DNA of 64,000 nucleotides from Chryseobacterium gleum (GCA_945872795.1 CAMCAZ010000010.1:2135-66134); one strand, 5' to 3'. Counted from the stretch's first letter, positions 30,475 to 41,210 are shown. A program made the numbers and translations. Notes: generated from the letters alone by a model not told the origin.

Positions 30475-33400
30475 TCAGTTCGCCCCATAGCGGGGATCTT
30501 GTTTCCACGGGAGCTTCTCCATGTGTTCCACGCTCAGGGAGCAGTGCCCGAATTCCTCCTCCACCTTGCCCGTGAGGCGATAGACGCCGCGCCCCCGGAA
30601 CGGATACTTCGCCTCCACATTGGGGAACTGCGTGCTGTCCCAGAAATCACCTGCCGGGTCGATGAAACTGCCGAAGCTCATGCGTTCCCCGGTGCCGGTC
30701 CGCGTGGGCTTCACGTGCACCACATAACCCAGCATGGTCACCGTGCGGCCGTTATGGGCAGGCATATCGCGGGCCAATATCACAGGAGGTGTGATGTGTG
30801 AAGTGTTTGGTGTGAACTGTGAAGTGGTCGCATTCCCATCGCGCCTTCGCGAAGCCTTCGGTGAAGCGAGGTCATCCGTTTGTCCGATCACCTGTTCGTC
30901 CGATCCGCCCTTGACCAGTAGGAAGGGATCGCACAGCGGGAAGCCGAGCAGTTCCAGTTCGTCATAGGCATCGCTGAGGTCGAAGTGCTGGAGTTCTGGC
31001 AGCTTCGTTTGCGGAGTTTTGGTGATGAAGAGGTCGACGCTGCGCTCGATGGCCTTCGCGCCGGGATGCAGCAGCGTGAGGTCCCACAGCAGCTCGGGTT
31101 TGCTCTTTCCGGTGAAGCGGAAGGCTCCCACGCGGATCAGCATGCGGGCCTGTTCCACGCCGATGGACACGCGGCGCAACAGGTCGGGGAGGTCGGCGAA
31201 GGGGCCGTGACGGCGGCGGTCCGTGAGGATGCGTTCCACCGTGGCGGAGTCCAGGGATCTGATGTTCCGGAGACCGAGATAGATGCTGGCCTTTAGCCGT
31301 GGGCTACTGGCTTCTGGCCGATCATCGGAACGGCCAGAAGCCAGCGGCCAAGGGCCAGCAGCGTGCAACGTGCAGAGCTCCCCGCTCCGGTCCACGCACG
31401 GTGCCTCGATCACCGCCCCGGCGCGTTTCGCCTCGTGCAGGTAGAACTCCGTGTGGTAGAAGCCGCCGAAGTTGTTCGCCACGGCCACCATGAACTCCAG
31501 CGGGTGGTAGGCCTTCAGGTAGAGGCTCTGATAGCTCTCCACCGCATAGCTGGCGCTGTGGCCCTTCGCGAAGCTGTAGCCGGCGAAGCTCTCGATCTGC
31601 CGCCAGATCTCGGCGCTCTCCTCCGCCGGGTAGCCCTTCTTCATGCAGTTGTCGAAGAAGCGCTCCTTCACGCGTTGGAACTCCTCCCGGCTGCGGTACT
31701 TGCCACTCATGCCGCGACGCAGGATGTCGGCCTCGGCCAGCGTGAGCCCCGCATACAGGTGCGCCACCTTGATCACGTCCTCCTGATAGACCATCACTCC
31801 GTAGGTGTCGGGCATGATCTTCAGCATCGCCGGGTGCGCCTGCTTGCGCCGTTCGGGATCGCGGTGCCGCAGGATGTACTCGCGCATCATGCCGCTCTGC
31901 GACACACCGGGTCGGATGATGCTGCTCGCCGCCACCAAGGTCAGGTAGTCCTGCACGCCCAGCTTCTTCAGCAGCATCCTCATGGCCGGGCTCTCCACAT
32001 AGAAGCAGCCGATGGTGTCGCCGGTGCGAAGGAGTTCGTTGATCTTCGGATCGTGCTTGAAGCGTTCGATGGCGTGAATATCGATCAGGGGTCGACCCAG
32101 TGGGTCGACGGTACGGGTGCTTCGACCATACGTAAGCGCCATCACTGCACCCGTTCCGATCGCCGTTTCAGGTTCCGGCTCGCTGGCCATCTGTGATGAG
32201 GTGCAATTCCCATTTTCTGATCGTCTGATCATCTGATCATCTGATCCGCATTCCACGAGCTCCACCGCATCCCGTATATGCCCCAGGCCCCGCTGGCTGA
32301 GGATGTCGAACTTATACAGCCCCAGGTCCTCGGCCTCGAGCATGCTGAACTGCGTGGTGGCGAAGCCCTTCGGCGGTAGGTGCAGCGCGGTGTAGTGGGT
32401 GAGGGGCTGCTCGCTGATCAGCACGCCGCCGACGTGGATGCTCAGGTGGTGCGGATGCTCATGGAAGTGCTCCGCGTAACGCAGGATGGTGCGGGCGATG
32501 CGTTCGTTGTCGATCTCCACGCTGCCGCCGTTCGAGGCCTTCGCGTTGTCGCCGCGCCCGATCCAGCGCGAGTGACCCGCATCCCCTTCGGCGAGCGCGT
32601 CGATGTCCGCCGGCGGAAGGCCGAAGACCTTGCCCAGTTCGCGCACCACGGCGCGGCGCTGGTACGTGCTGTACGTGGCGAGCAGCGCGACCCTGCGCTG
32701 TGCACCGTAGGTGTCGAAGAGGTACTGCGTTACCTGGTCACGGTCCTTCCAACTGAAGTCCAGGTCGAAGTCGGGCGGGCTGCTCCGGCTGGGGTTGATG
32801 AAGCGCTCAAAGTAGAGGTCGAGCTCGATGGGGTCCACGTCGGTGATGCCCAGGCAATAGGCCACCAAGCTGTTGGCGCCACTGCCGCGCCCCACGTGGA
32901 AGAAGCCCTTGCGCTTCGCGAAGCGGATCAGGTCCCAGTTGATCAGGAAGTAGCTCACGAAGTCCTTCTGGGCGATCACGGTGAGTTCGCGATCCATACG
33001 GTCCATCACCTTCTGCGAAGGTGCGGGATAGCGGCGAAGCAACCCCGCCTGGGTCTCCGTGCGCAGCAGTTCGAGGTCCGCTGAAGCATCATTGCTCCAG
33101 GTCCTCCGGTTCTTGCTCTTGCCATGGGCGAAGTGCACATCGCACTGGTCCATCAGGCGGCGCGTGTTCCACACCAGCTCGGGCACATCGGCGAAGGCGG
33201 TGCACACCTGCTCCTCGCTCAGGAAGCGGTTCTCCGGTACTGAGACATGTGCTGTCGGTGTGGTGCTCAGCAGGGTGTTGGTGTCCACCGCACGTTTCAA
33301 GCGGTGCACGTTGAAGTCGCGTTTGCCCAAGGGCACATCACTGTGGAAGGTGGCTGTGACCAGGGCGAGCAGCTTCTCTTTGCGTGCCATCCACGGCGAG

Positions 33401-33825
33401 AAGCGCAGGCGGTTCACATCGCCCGACCGCACGCCGATGAACTCGTTGGGGCGCAGTTTGGCCGGAATGTTCACGGCACCGTACAGGTAGATGATGAAGG
33501 CGTCCGGAAGTTCCGGTGCTTGTTCAGGAAGCGCGTTGCCGTCCAGCAACCGGTCCGTCAGCAGGGAGGCCAGCTGCTGCACTCCTGCGTTGTTCCGCGC
33601 GATGCCGATGTACAGCGTTCGTGCCCCCACTTTGAACTCGATCCCCGCCAAGGGCCGCACCTTGTATTTGTCCGCCAGCCGGAACAGGTCGCTCCAGCCC
33701 GCCGTGCAGTTGATGTCGGTGAGCGCCACCTGCTGAAGCCCCAGGTCGTGCACCTCCTGCAGCACCTGCTCGGGCGAGAGCACGCCGTGGTTGAGGCTGA
33801 ACCAGCTGTGGACGTTGAGGAGCAC
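30475..33825 (-). CDS. dnaE2: DNA polymerase III alpha-subunit family, error-prone DnaE2-like (1116 aa) with a 53-aa in-frame insertion
   Basis: N-terminal PHP domain, polymerase core motifs (GRGSGANSLVAYCLGITDVDP, FDLDF), OB-fold C-terminus. Length and N-terminus fit DnaE2 better than replicative DnaE. Confidence 0.75.
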   Translation of the reverse strand: MLLNVHSWFSLNHGVLSPEQVLQEVHDLGLQQVALTDINCTAGWSDLFRLADKYKVRPLAGIEFKVGARTLYIGIARNNAGVQQLASLLTDRLLDGNALPEQAPELPDAFIIYLYGAVNIPAKLRPNEFIGVRSGDVNRLRFSPWMARKEKLLALVTATFHSDVPLGKRDFNVHRLKRAVDTNTLLSTTPTAHVSVPENRFLSEEQVCTAFADVPELVWNTRRLMDQCDVHFAHGKSKNRRTWSNDASADLELLRTETQAGLLRRYPAPSQKVMDRMDRELTVIAQKDFVSYFLINWDLIRFAKRKGFFHVGRGSGANSLVAYCLGITDVDPIELDLYFERFINPSRSSPPDFDLDFSWKDRDQVTQYLFDTYGAQRRVALLATYSTYQRRAVVRELGKVFGLPPADIDALAEGDAGHSRWIGRGDNAKASNGGSVEIDNERIARTILRYAEHFHEHPHHLSIHVGGVLISEQPLTHYTALHLPPKGFATTQFSMLEAEDLGLYKFDILSQRGLGHIRDAVELVECGSDDQMIRRSENGNCTSSQMASEPEPETAIGTGAVMALTYGRSTRTVDPLGRPLIDIHAIERFKHDPKINELLRTGDTIGCFYVESPAMRMLLKKLGVQDYLTLVAASSIIRPGVSQSGMMREYILRHRDPERRKQAHPAMLKIMPDTYGVMVYQEDVIKVAHLYAGLTLAEADILRRGMSGKYRSREEFQRVKERFFDNCMKKGYPAEESAEIWRQIESFAGYSFAKGHSASYAVESYQSLYLKAYHPLEFMVAVANNFGGFYHTEFYLHEAKRAGAVIEAPCVDRSGELCTLHAAGPWPLASGRSDDRPEASSPRLKASIYLGLRNIRSLDSATVERILTDRRRHGPFADLPDLLRRVSIGVEQARMLIRVGAFRFTGKSKPELLWDLTLLHPGAKAIERSVDLFITKTPQTKLPELQHFDLSDAYDELELLGFPLCDPFLLVKGGSDEQVIGQTDDLASPKASRRRDGNATTSQFTPNTSHITPPVILARDMPAHNGRTVTMLGYVVHVKPTRTGTGERMSFGSFIDPAGDFWDSTQFPNVEAKYPFRGRGVYRLTGKVEEEFGHCSLSVEHMEKLPWKQDPRYGAN
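32089..32247. repeat. 159-bp interspersed repeat (copy A) inserted in-frame inside dnaE2
   Basis: GGTCGACCCAGTGGGTCGAC palindrome, ACGGGTGCTTCGACC block, CCATTTTCTGATCGTCTGATCATCTGATCATCTGATCC tail. Related copy at 46674-46795 and partial copies at 43408-43559. Confidence 0.8.
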
Positions 33826-33891
33826 GGATCATAGATCGACAGGATATACGTCGATCTGTTGATCATAAGGTAAGCGATCGACACTGCTGGC

Positions 33892-36800
33892 TTACAGCAC
33901 CAATCGATCATCCTCCCCCTCCCGGTCGAAGAACAAGTGGTCCGGGTCGAGCAAGACCTCCAAGGGCTTCAGGGACGTGGTGATGTGAACGTGGTTCTTC
34001 CCGCTGAGCGAACGTACCCGTTGCTTCACCTCTTTACCGCCTTCCACCCGTACACTGACATCGATCCAGTCGTTCATCGGCACCTCCGTTTCCTTTCCCG
34101 AGGGATCGGCATGGAGCTTCGCGCAGGTGATGGAAGCGGTAACGGTCCACGACCCATCCGTATGCTGTACGGCCGAGGCGGAGGACAGTGCGTTCCTGTG
34201 GAAGGTGATCTGCTCCAGACCATCCACCAACAGGTAGTGCAGACTGTCCGGGGTCACGGCCTCCAACGCGCGATACAGGTCAAGCGTGGTGGGGTAGGGG
34301 GCTTCACCGAAAGCGAAGGAATCCACCATCGATCGATAAGCGGAATTCACCTGTTCCTCGCCGATCAGGTCTCGCAGGGCATACATCACCACACTGCCTT
34401 TGTTGTAGTGGATGTACTGCTGGTCCTCCACCCGCATCAGCGGCAATTCCCCAATGCCTTCCTGTCCCCGACCGCGTAGGTAGTTGTCGCGCTCGTACTT
34501 CAGGAAGCGGCGCATCGCCTTGCGACCATACTCCTTCTCCATCACCATGAGCGCGGTGTATTGCGCCATGCTCTCCACGAGCATGGTGGATCCCTGCATG
34601 CGCGGCCCCAGCACCTGGTGGCCCCACCATTGATGGGCCACCTCGTGCGCCACCACGTAGTAGACCATGTCGATGCGGCTGGTGTCGCGCAGGTCGGTGA
34701 TGAAGCCGATGGCCTCGCTGTACGGCATGGTGCCCGGGAAGGATTGCGCGAAGCGGCGGTACCTGGGGAACTCGATGATGCGGGCCACCTCATGCTGATA
34801 GGGGCCGAATTCGGTGGAGGCATAGCTCAGTGCGTCACGCATGGCCTTCAACATGCGCGGAACGTTCGTGCCGTGCTCCGGATGGTGGTACACCTCCAAG
34901 GTGACCGGGCCGGCCTGCTCACGGGCCACTTGATAGCGCGCGCTCAGCACCGCCCAGAAGTTGAAGATGGGTGCCTGGCAGACGTAGCGGTACCAGCGTT
35001 TTCCATCCGCCGTCCAGTCCTTCACCAGGGTCCCCGGTGCGATACCGATCTGGTCCGGTGCGGTGCCGATGGTACAGGCGAAGCGGATGCGGTCGGCATG
35101 GTCCATGGTCTCGTTCGTGGCACGGTCACGCGGATCATCGCTCAAGGGTGCGGTGCGCGGTCGCACCGGTAGGCCGGCCTTTCGACGTTCGCCCGGTTCG
35201 GACAGCTCCACTTGGTCCTGGTAGCCGATCATGGGCAACAGGTCCATCGTGTTCAAGAAGGTCCCGTTCTCCACCAATGACAGGAACTCCACATCGTTCG
35301 TGAAGCCCTTGGGCGCCCATTCCCCGGTGACCACGACCCGTACGGAGTCGCCGGTGCTGAGGGAGCGATCCAAGCGGAACATCCGCTGGAAACGGGCGCT
35401 ATCGTTCAGCACCAAGCGGGCGCTCGGCACCTCGAAGCTCATGTGCATGTGATCGGGCAGGCTGAACCACAACGTATCCACCGGAGCGTCACCCTTGTTG
35501 GTGAGCATCATCTCAGCCGTGTATCGGATGCTGCGTTCCTCGGGCTCAAGCTCCACGGTGATATCCACGGCGGTGAAGTGTGGAAGAGCGGTGTTGGTGA
35601 AGCGCTTGTAGGTCCGTTCGTAGTCGACCTGGAGCGCCTCCGTATCCTGTTCGGTGACCGGTCGGTTCAGGATACGGGTGTTGTAGAAGCCGATGAGCAG
35701 CAACACGACCCACGCGCCGAATGCCAGAGCTCCCGTTCTCCAGGATCGCTTCCATCGGATCCCCGCGATGCGCCAGCGCCAACCCCAAGTGGTCTCACCA
35801 CCGCGCACCACGAAGAGCGAGGCGATGAAGAGCAGGCACACAGCGAAGGCGAGCCAGTAGGCCCGGAAGAACGTCCAGGGCATCATAAATGGACCGAAGC
35901 CGTTCATGTCCGAGTACAGCAGCCGAGGTCCGCCATAGAACACCAGTAGGTTGGACTCCACCTTCAGGAAGCGCCAGATCAGCGTGTTCACAGCGAAGAG
36001 CACGACGAACAGGCCGAAACCGACGTACTTATGGTGAACGAGCGTTTGGATGGTCAAGGCCACCATGGACCAGAACGCGAACGCGATGACGCCGGGCAGG
36101 ATGAAGCCCAGCAGGTAGGTCACGGGCTGGTTGTCGGTGTAGCCCTGCGCCAGTTGACCGATCACCCCGATCACGGCCATGAGTGTGAGGACGAACGCCC
36201 CGACAAGGATGAGCGTGCTGAGCTTGGCCAACAGGGGGAATGAGGTGCGCACAGGAAGCGCGTTCATGATCCCCTCCAGGCCGGCATCGCGATCACGCCA
36301 CAGGAGTTCACCGCTGTAGAAGGTGATCAGCACCATCACGAACAACATGGACATGCCCCGCAGCATCTCGGCCACGTGGTAGGTCACCGGCCAGCTGTGG
36401 TTGCCGAAGGCCGAGGTCACTTCGCTCAGGCTGATGGCGGTCATCAGTAGGCCGAGGCCAGTGATGATCCAGAACACGGGTGAGCCGAGAATGCCACGCA
36501 GATCGGAACCTATCAAAGCAAAGAAGCGCCTCCACTGGGATGTCCACCCATAGTGGAGTTGGATGTTCGGGAGCGTCTTATCCGCTCCGGAGTGCAGCGC
36601 TTCGTCAGCGACCTTGAGGTGACCGGGTCGCCGCCGTTCGGTGAACGTGAAGCGGAGGTACCCCACAAGGAAGATCACCGCTGCGATCCCCAGCCAGAGA
36701 AAGCGATTCCAGATGAGGGCGCCGCTCAATGGGAGCAGGGCGCTGTTCCGTTCATCCACGCTCCAGTAGCGCGTCACTTCATCCAGTGCCTGGTTGGCGA

Positions 36801-37428
36801 AAGGGTCCAAGAGCGCGGCAAGCAGACCATTGTCCACTTCCGTGGAATAGGCCGTGGCGATCACGTTGAGCACGACCAGGGCTATGGACGTGACGAACGC
36901 CGCTGCCGCCGAGCGTACCACGGTGGCCACCGCGAACATCACCGCGCTTTGGAAGAGGATGCTGGTCACCGCGAACAAGAGGAAGGTCTGCGCATGGACC
37001 ATCGGATCGTTCGGACCGAAGCGGATGGGGTCGCCCGAAGGGATCCAACTGCCGACGATGAGGCCCGCGGAGATCCCCAGCGTTGGGATGAGGGCCACCA
37101 CGGTGCTGCCCAGGAAGCGGCCCAGCACGTACTGGCGTTTACTGACCACCGTGCTGAACACGATGTCCGAGGTATGGTGTGCGAAATCGCGGATCGCGGT
37201 GGCGTTCACGAACGCCGTGACCATGGGGAGCCAAAGGAAGGCCAGGTTGGCATAGAGCTCATAGACGTGTGAGGGCGAGTTCACGTGCACCATCCCCGGG
37301 CTACCCTTGCCGCCGCTCTCGAACACCGCCAGTAAGCAGGCGAATGTGAAGGCCATGCCGAGGAAGATCCACAGCTGGGGTTGACGCAGCCAGAAGCGGA
37401 GCTCGAAGTGGATGAGGCGTGTGATCAT
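33892..37428 (-). CDS. fusion protein: N-terminal ABC-2-type permease (multi-TM) and C-terminal M1 zinc aminopeptidase domain (paralog 2)
   Basis: ~550-aa polytopic N-terminus; C-terminal gluzincin motif VVAHEVAHQWWGHQV…E (Glu at +20 rather than the canonical +19) and GxMEN-like region; paralogous to 37599-41210. Confidence 0.75.
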   Translation of the reverse strand: MITRLIHFELRFWLRQPQLWIFLGMAFTFACLLAVFESGGKGSPGMVHVNSPSHVYELYANLAFLWLPMVTAFVNATAIRDFAHHTSDIVFSTVVSKRQYVLGRFLGSTVVALIPTLGISAGLIVGSWIPSGDPIRFGPNDPMVHAQTFLLFAVTSILFQSAVMFAVATVVRSAAAAFVTSIALVVLNVIATAYSTEVDNGLLAALLDPFANQALDEVTRYWSVDERNSALLPLSGALIWNRFLWLGIAAVIFLVGYLRFTFTERRRPGHLKVADEALHSGADKTLPNIQLHYGWTSQWRRFFALIGSDLRGILGSPVFWIITGLGLLMTAISLSEVTSAFGNHSWPVTYHVAEMLRGMSMLFVMVLITFYSGELLWRDRDAGLEGIMNALPVRTSFPLLAKLSTLILVGAFVLTLMAVIGVIGQLAQGYTDNQPVTYLLGFILPGVIAFAFWSMVALTIQTLVHHKYVGFGLFVVLFAVNTLIWRFLKVESNLLVFYGGPRLLYSDMNGFGPFMMPWTFFRAYWLAFAVCLLFIASLFVVRGGETTWGWRWRIAGIRWKRSWRTGALAFGAWVVLLLIGFYNTRILNRPVTEQDTEALQVDYERTYKRFTNTALPHFTAVDITVELEPEERSIRYTAEMMLTNKGDAPVDTLWFSLPDHMHMSFEVPSARLVLNDSARFQRMFRLDRSLSTGDSVRVVVTGEWAPKGFTNDVEFLSLVENGTFLNTMDLLPMIGYQDQVELSEPGERRKAGLPVRPRTAPLSDDPRDRATNETMDHADRIRFACTIGTAPDQIGIAPGTLVKDWTADGKRWYRYVCQAPIFNFWAVLSARYQVAREQAGPVTLEVYHHPEHGTNVPRMLKAMRDALSYASTEFGPYQHEVARIIEFPRYRRFAQSFPGTMPYSEAIGFITDLRDTSRIDMVYYVVAHEVAHQWWGHQVLGPRMQGSTMLVESMAQYTALMVMEKEYGRKAMRRFLKYERDNYLRGRGQEGIGELPLMRVEDQQYIHYNKGSVVMYALRDLIGEEQVNSAYRSMVDSFAFGEAPYPTTLDLYRALEAVTPDSLHYLLVDGLEQITFHRNALSSASAVQHTDGSWTVTASITCAKLHADPSGKETEVPMNDWIDVSVRVEGGKEVKQRVRSLSGKNHVHITTSLKPLEVLLDPDHLFFDREGEDDRLVL

Positions 37429-37598
37429 TCAACGCGTGATGAAGCGAAAGCGACCCAATAACGAACGCGATCGAACAGGGAATGCGCAACGGCCCGTTCC
37501 GTTACGGACGCATCCCCGTTCGACCGATCAAGGCCGCAACCACTGGACGACCGACCTCATTCAACTTCCAATCACCGATCGTTCCGATCGACCGTTCC

Positions 37599-40500
37599 TC
37601 ACTCCACCTCCACCTTCTTCACATTGTCCTGCATCACGCGATCGAAGAACAGGTTGTCGCGGTCGATCACGGCCTGCATGGGTTTCTCCTGTACGATGAA
37701 GGTCAGCTTGTTCACACCCGAGCGCAGGCGCAGCCGTTGGTGTACGAGCGGCACCTCGTTCAGCGACTTGTCCGCCTTCCTTCCCAGCTTTGGGTAGCGC
37801 AGGATGCTGACGTCCATCCAGTCGTTCATGGGAGCTGGTGTCTCGCGACCGAGGGAATCGGCATAGTTCTTCTCACCGAAGAGTTCGAGCGTCACTTCGT
37901 AGGTGCTGTCCGGCAACATGCGGGCGCTGGCCTTGTCCACCCGGTTGTTGTAAAGCGTGATCCGTTTGAAGCCATCGATCAGCAGGTACTCCAGGCTATC
38001 AGGTACCACCTGCTCCAGTTCGCGGTACATGTCCAGCGCGGTGGGGTATGGCGGCTCCGCATAAGCGAAGGTGTCCACCAGCGCCTTGAAGGCCCTGTTC
38101 AGGTTCTCCTCGCCCACGAAGTCGCGCAGGCCGTAGAGCACCACGCTCGCCTTGTTGTAGTGCACGTACGGCTGGTTCTCCACCTCCATCAGGGGCACCT
38201 CCTTCAGCTCCTCGGTGCCGCGTGCACGCTGGTACCGGTCGCTCTCCAGCTTCAGGAACTTGCGCATCTGCGCCCGGCCGTACTCGTCCTCCATCACCAT
38301 CAGGGCACTGTACTGGGACATGCTCTCGCTGAGGAGGGTGCTGCCCTGCATGTCGGCGCCGATCACTTGGTGGGCCCACCACTGGTGCCCCATCTCGTGC
38401 GCCACCACGTAGAACACCATGTCGATGTCGGTGGTGTCGCGCAGGTCGGCGATGAAACCGATGGACTCGCTGTAGGGCATGGTGCCCGGGAAGGCCTGGG
38501 CGAAGCTGAAGTACCGGGGGAACTCGATGATGCGCGCCTGCTTGTGGCGGTAGGGGCCGAAGTTGTCGCTGTAGTACTGGAGCGACTTGCGGATGCTGTT
38601 CGCCATGCGCGGCACGTTCTCGGCGTGGTCCGCGTGGTAATAGACCTCCACGTCCACACTCTGCCCTGAGCCTGTCGAAGGGTGCCACTTCTCACGGTGC
38701 ACCGCGTAGTCGGCGCTCATGAACGAGTAGAAGTTCATGCTCGGATGGTCCACCACGTACTCGAAATAGCGTTTGCCGTTCTCCGTCCACTCGCGCTTCA
38801 GGCTGCCCGGTGCGATGGCGATCTGGTCGGGCGTGGTGCTGATCACGGTGCGCACGGTCACCCAGTCACTGTTCGGCACCAGGTAGGTCTGCATGCGCGC
38901 TGCGCTATCGGCTGAGAGGCGCGGCATGCGCTCCTTCGCAGGAAGCCCGCGGTCCTTACGCTCGCTCTTGTCCTGCAGTTCGCCTCCGGCCGAGTAGCCG
39001 ATGCCGGGCAGCAGGTCCATGTTGTTGAAGAAGGTGCCGTTGTGGTTCAGTTGCGCCACGCGGGGCTCGTTCTCGAAGCCCTTCTCCACGTGGGTGGCGG
39101 TGACGGTGAAGCGTAGGTCCTCGCCGGGCATCAGGGGCCTGGCGAGCTTGTAGATGCGGTAGTTCACGCGCTCGTCGTTCAGCACTAGTTGAGCGCCGGG
39201 CAGGTCCACCTCCTGCTCGATGCCGCCGCCGCCCATGTTCAGGTGCAGCGAGTCGATCGGAGCGTTGCCCTTGTTGTGCACGGTGACCTCCGCCACGGCG
39301 TGCAGGCTGCGCTCGGCGGGTACCAGGTCGATGGTGAAGCGGATGTCGGTGTAGTGCGGCTGCAGCATGCCCTCGTACCGCTTGTAGGTGCGCTCGTAGT
39401 ATTCCAGGTCGTCCTCCATGGTGGAGGCATCGGGCATCTCGTTCAGCACCTTGGTATTGTAGTAACCCCAGGCGCCGAGCAGCACCCAGGCGGAGAGGGC
39501 GGGGATGGCGTATCGCTTGTTGGTGCGCAGGCGGCCCCCGGCGATGGCCAGTCGCTTGCGGAAATGTGTTTCCCGGCCGCGCACCCAGAAGAGCAGCGTG
39601 ATCACGAGCAGCACGGCGGAAAAGGCCCACCAATAGGCCTTGAACCACAGCCAGCCCGTGAGCGCCGTGCCATAAGTGTTCATGTCGCTGTAGCTGAGGT
39701 TCGGCGCGCTGTTGAACTGCACCAGGTGGCTCGTGACCTTGAGCGCCGGCCACAGGATGAGGTTCACGGCCAGCACCACGAGGAACACCGCATAGCCCAC
39801 GTACTTGTTATTCACCAGCACGTGGCAGAGGAACGAGAGCGCGGCCAGCGCCCCGAAGCCCAGCAGGCCGGGCACGATGTAGTAGCCGAGGTAGACACCC
39901 GGCTCGATGCGCGTGTAGCCGTTGATGAGCTGGAAGACCATGCCCCCCAGCGCAGTGACCAGCAATACGGTGAGCAGCAACAGCAGCAATGCCGTGTACT
40001 TCGCCAGCAGCCCGATGCCCAGCGGCAGCGGCGTGGCGTCATGCACCTCGTCCAGCTTGGGCTCGCGCTCTTTCCACACCAGCAGCCCGCTGTAGAAGAC
40101 GATGAGGATGGTGGTGAAGAGACCGAAGCCCCCTTCGATGACGTCGATGACGTTGTAGGTGACCGGGTGTATGGTGTTCTCGTAGAGCGAGGTGCTGAAC
40201 GAGAGGTTGAGGAACATGTTGAGCAGCCCTATGCCGGTGACGAGCAGGAAGGCCACGCCGCGGGTCATGCCGGTATAGTCGTTCCACGCAATGCGGCGGA
40301 ACTGCCGGATGCGCGCCACGGCGCCGTGGCTGCGATCCACCCGGGGCAGGGGCACGGCTGCTGGGGCCGCGACGGGACTCACGGCGGGCTCGGCCAGGGG
40401 CGCACGCTGCCGCCGGTCGGTGAAGCTGAAGCGCCAGTAGCCGAAGGCGAAGATGCCGGCGGCGACCGCGGTCCAAAGGATGCGGTTCCACAGCAGCACA

Positions 40501-41210
40501 CCGCTCATCGGCAGCAGCAGCGTGTTCTTGTCGTCCACGGTCCAGTAGCGGGTGATATAGCTGAATGCGGTGCTGCCGAAGGGGTCCAGGAGCGAGGCCA
40601 GCACCTGGTTCTCCATCTCGGTCATGAGCGAGCCGGCCACGCCGCTGCCCACCATGATGAGCACGGCCGTGATGAAGGCCGCCGCCGTGCTGCGCACCAG
40701 TACGGCCACCGCGAAGATCACGGCAGCGCTGAAGACGATGTTGGGCAGGGTGAGGTATAGGTAGGCCTGCAGGTGCGCGCCCATCAGGTTGGGGCCGATC
40801 TTCTCGGGATCGAGCCACCACATCCAGCTGCCCACCACGATGCCGAGCGACACCCCCAGCATGGGCAGGCTGGCGACGAAGGTGCTACCCAGGAAACGGC
40901 TCAGCAGGTAGTGCCGCTTCTTCAGCGGGGTGCTGAACATGATCTGCTGCGTGTTGTACGTGAAGTCGCGGATGGCGCTCGCGTTCACGAAGGCGGTGAC
41001 CATCAGCAGCCCGAAGAAGGCCAGGGTGGCATAGTAGACGAACACCTTGTAGGGCGCGTTGTACTTCACGTTGGCCAGTTCGGCACCCACCTGCACCTCG
41101 TCGATCACCAGGCTCAGGTAGCTCAGCAGGGCGAAGAGCAGCAGGAAGATGTACGCCATGGGCTGCCTCAGCCAATGGCGCAGTTCGATGAGGAGGAGCC
41201 GCCAGGTCAT
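37599..41210 (-). CDS. fusion protein: N-terminal ABC-2-type permease and C-terminal M1 zinc aminopeptidase domain (paralog 1); start overlaps the ATPase gene stop (ATGA)
   Basis: Same architecture; VVAHEMGHQWWAHQV…E; 4-nt overlap with upstream ABC ATPase gene indicates translational coupling. Confidence 0.75.
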   Translation of the reverse strand: MTWRLLLIELRHWLRQPMAYIFLLLFALLSYLSLVIDEVQVGAELANVKYNAPYKVFVYYATLAFFGLLMVTAFVNASAIRDFTYNTQQIMFSTPLKKRHYLLSRFLGSTFVASLPMLGVSLGIVVGSWMWWLDPEKIGPNLMGAHLQAYLYLTLPNIVFSAAVIFAVAVLVRSTAAAFITAVLIMVGSGVAGSLMTEMENQVLASLLDPFGSTAFSYITRYWTVDDKNTLLLPMSGVLLWNRILWTAVAAGIFAFGYWRFSFTDRRQRAPLAEPAVSPVAAPAAVPLPRVDRSHGAVARIRQFRRIAWNDYTGMTRGVAFLLVTGIGLLNMFLNLSFSTSLYENTIHPVTYNVIDVIEGGFGLFTTILIVFYSGLLVWKEREPKLDEVHDATPLPLGIGLLAKYTALLLLLLTVLLVTALGGMVFQLINGYTRIEPGVYLGYYIVPGLLGFGALAALSFLCHVLVNNKYVGYAVFLVVLAVNLILWPALKVTSHLVQFNSAPNLSYSDMNTYGTALTGWLWFKAYWWAFSAVLLVITLLFWVRGRETHFRKRLAIAGGRLRTNKRYAIPALSAWVLLGAWGYYNTKVLNEMPDASTMEDDLEYYERTYKRYEGMLQPHYTDIRFTIDLVPAERSLHAVAEVTVHNKGNAPIDSLHLNMGGGGIEQEVDLPGAQLVLNDERVNYRIYKLARPLMPGEDLRFTVTATHVEKGFENEPRVAQLNHNGTFFNNMDLLPGIGYSAGGELQDKSERKDRGLPAKERMPRLSADSAARMQTYLVPNSDWVTVRTVISTTPDQIAIAPGSLKREWTENGKRYFEYVVDHPSMNFYSFMSADYAVHREKWHPSTGSGQSVDVEVYYHADHAENVPRMANSIRKSLQYYSDNFGPYRHKQARIIEFPRYFSFAQAFPGTMPYSESIGFIADLRDTTDIDMVFYVVAHEMGHQWWAHQVIGADMQGSTLLSESMSQYSALMVMEDEYGRAQMRKFLKLESDRYQRARGTEELKEVPLMEVENQPYVHYNKASVVLYGLRDFVGEENLNRAFKALVDTFAYAEPPYPTALDMYRELEQVVPDSLEYLLIDGFKRITLYNNRVDKASARMLPDSTYEVTLELFGEKNYADSLGRETPAPMNDWMDVSILRYPKLGRKADKSLNEVPLVHQRLRLRSGVNKLTFIVQEKPMQAVIDRDNLFFDRVMQDNVKKVEVE

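Noticed and set aside
32089-32247. Insertion in dnaE2 as an intein or mini-intein
   Set aside because: Only 53 residues, with no Cys/Ser/Thr at the N-terminal junction context and no His-Asn C-terminal motif. The same DNA occurs in non-coding locations.
32208-32247. RTCTGATC tandem arrays as a CRISPR array
   Set aside because: Unit length is 8 bp with no spacers. Copies are dispersed singly, not arrayed, and no cas genes are present.
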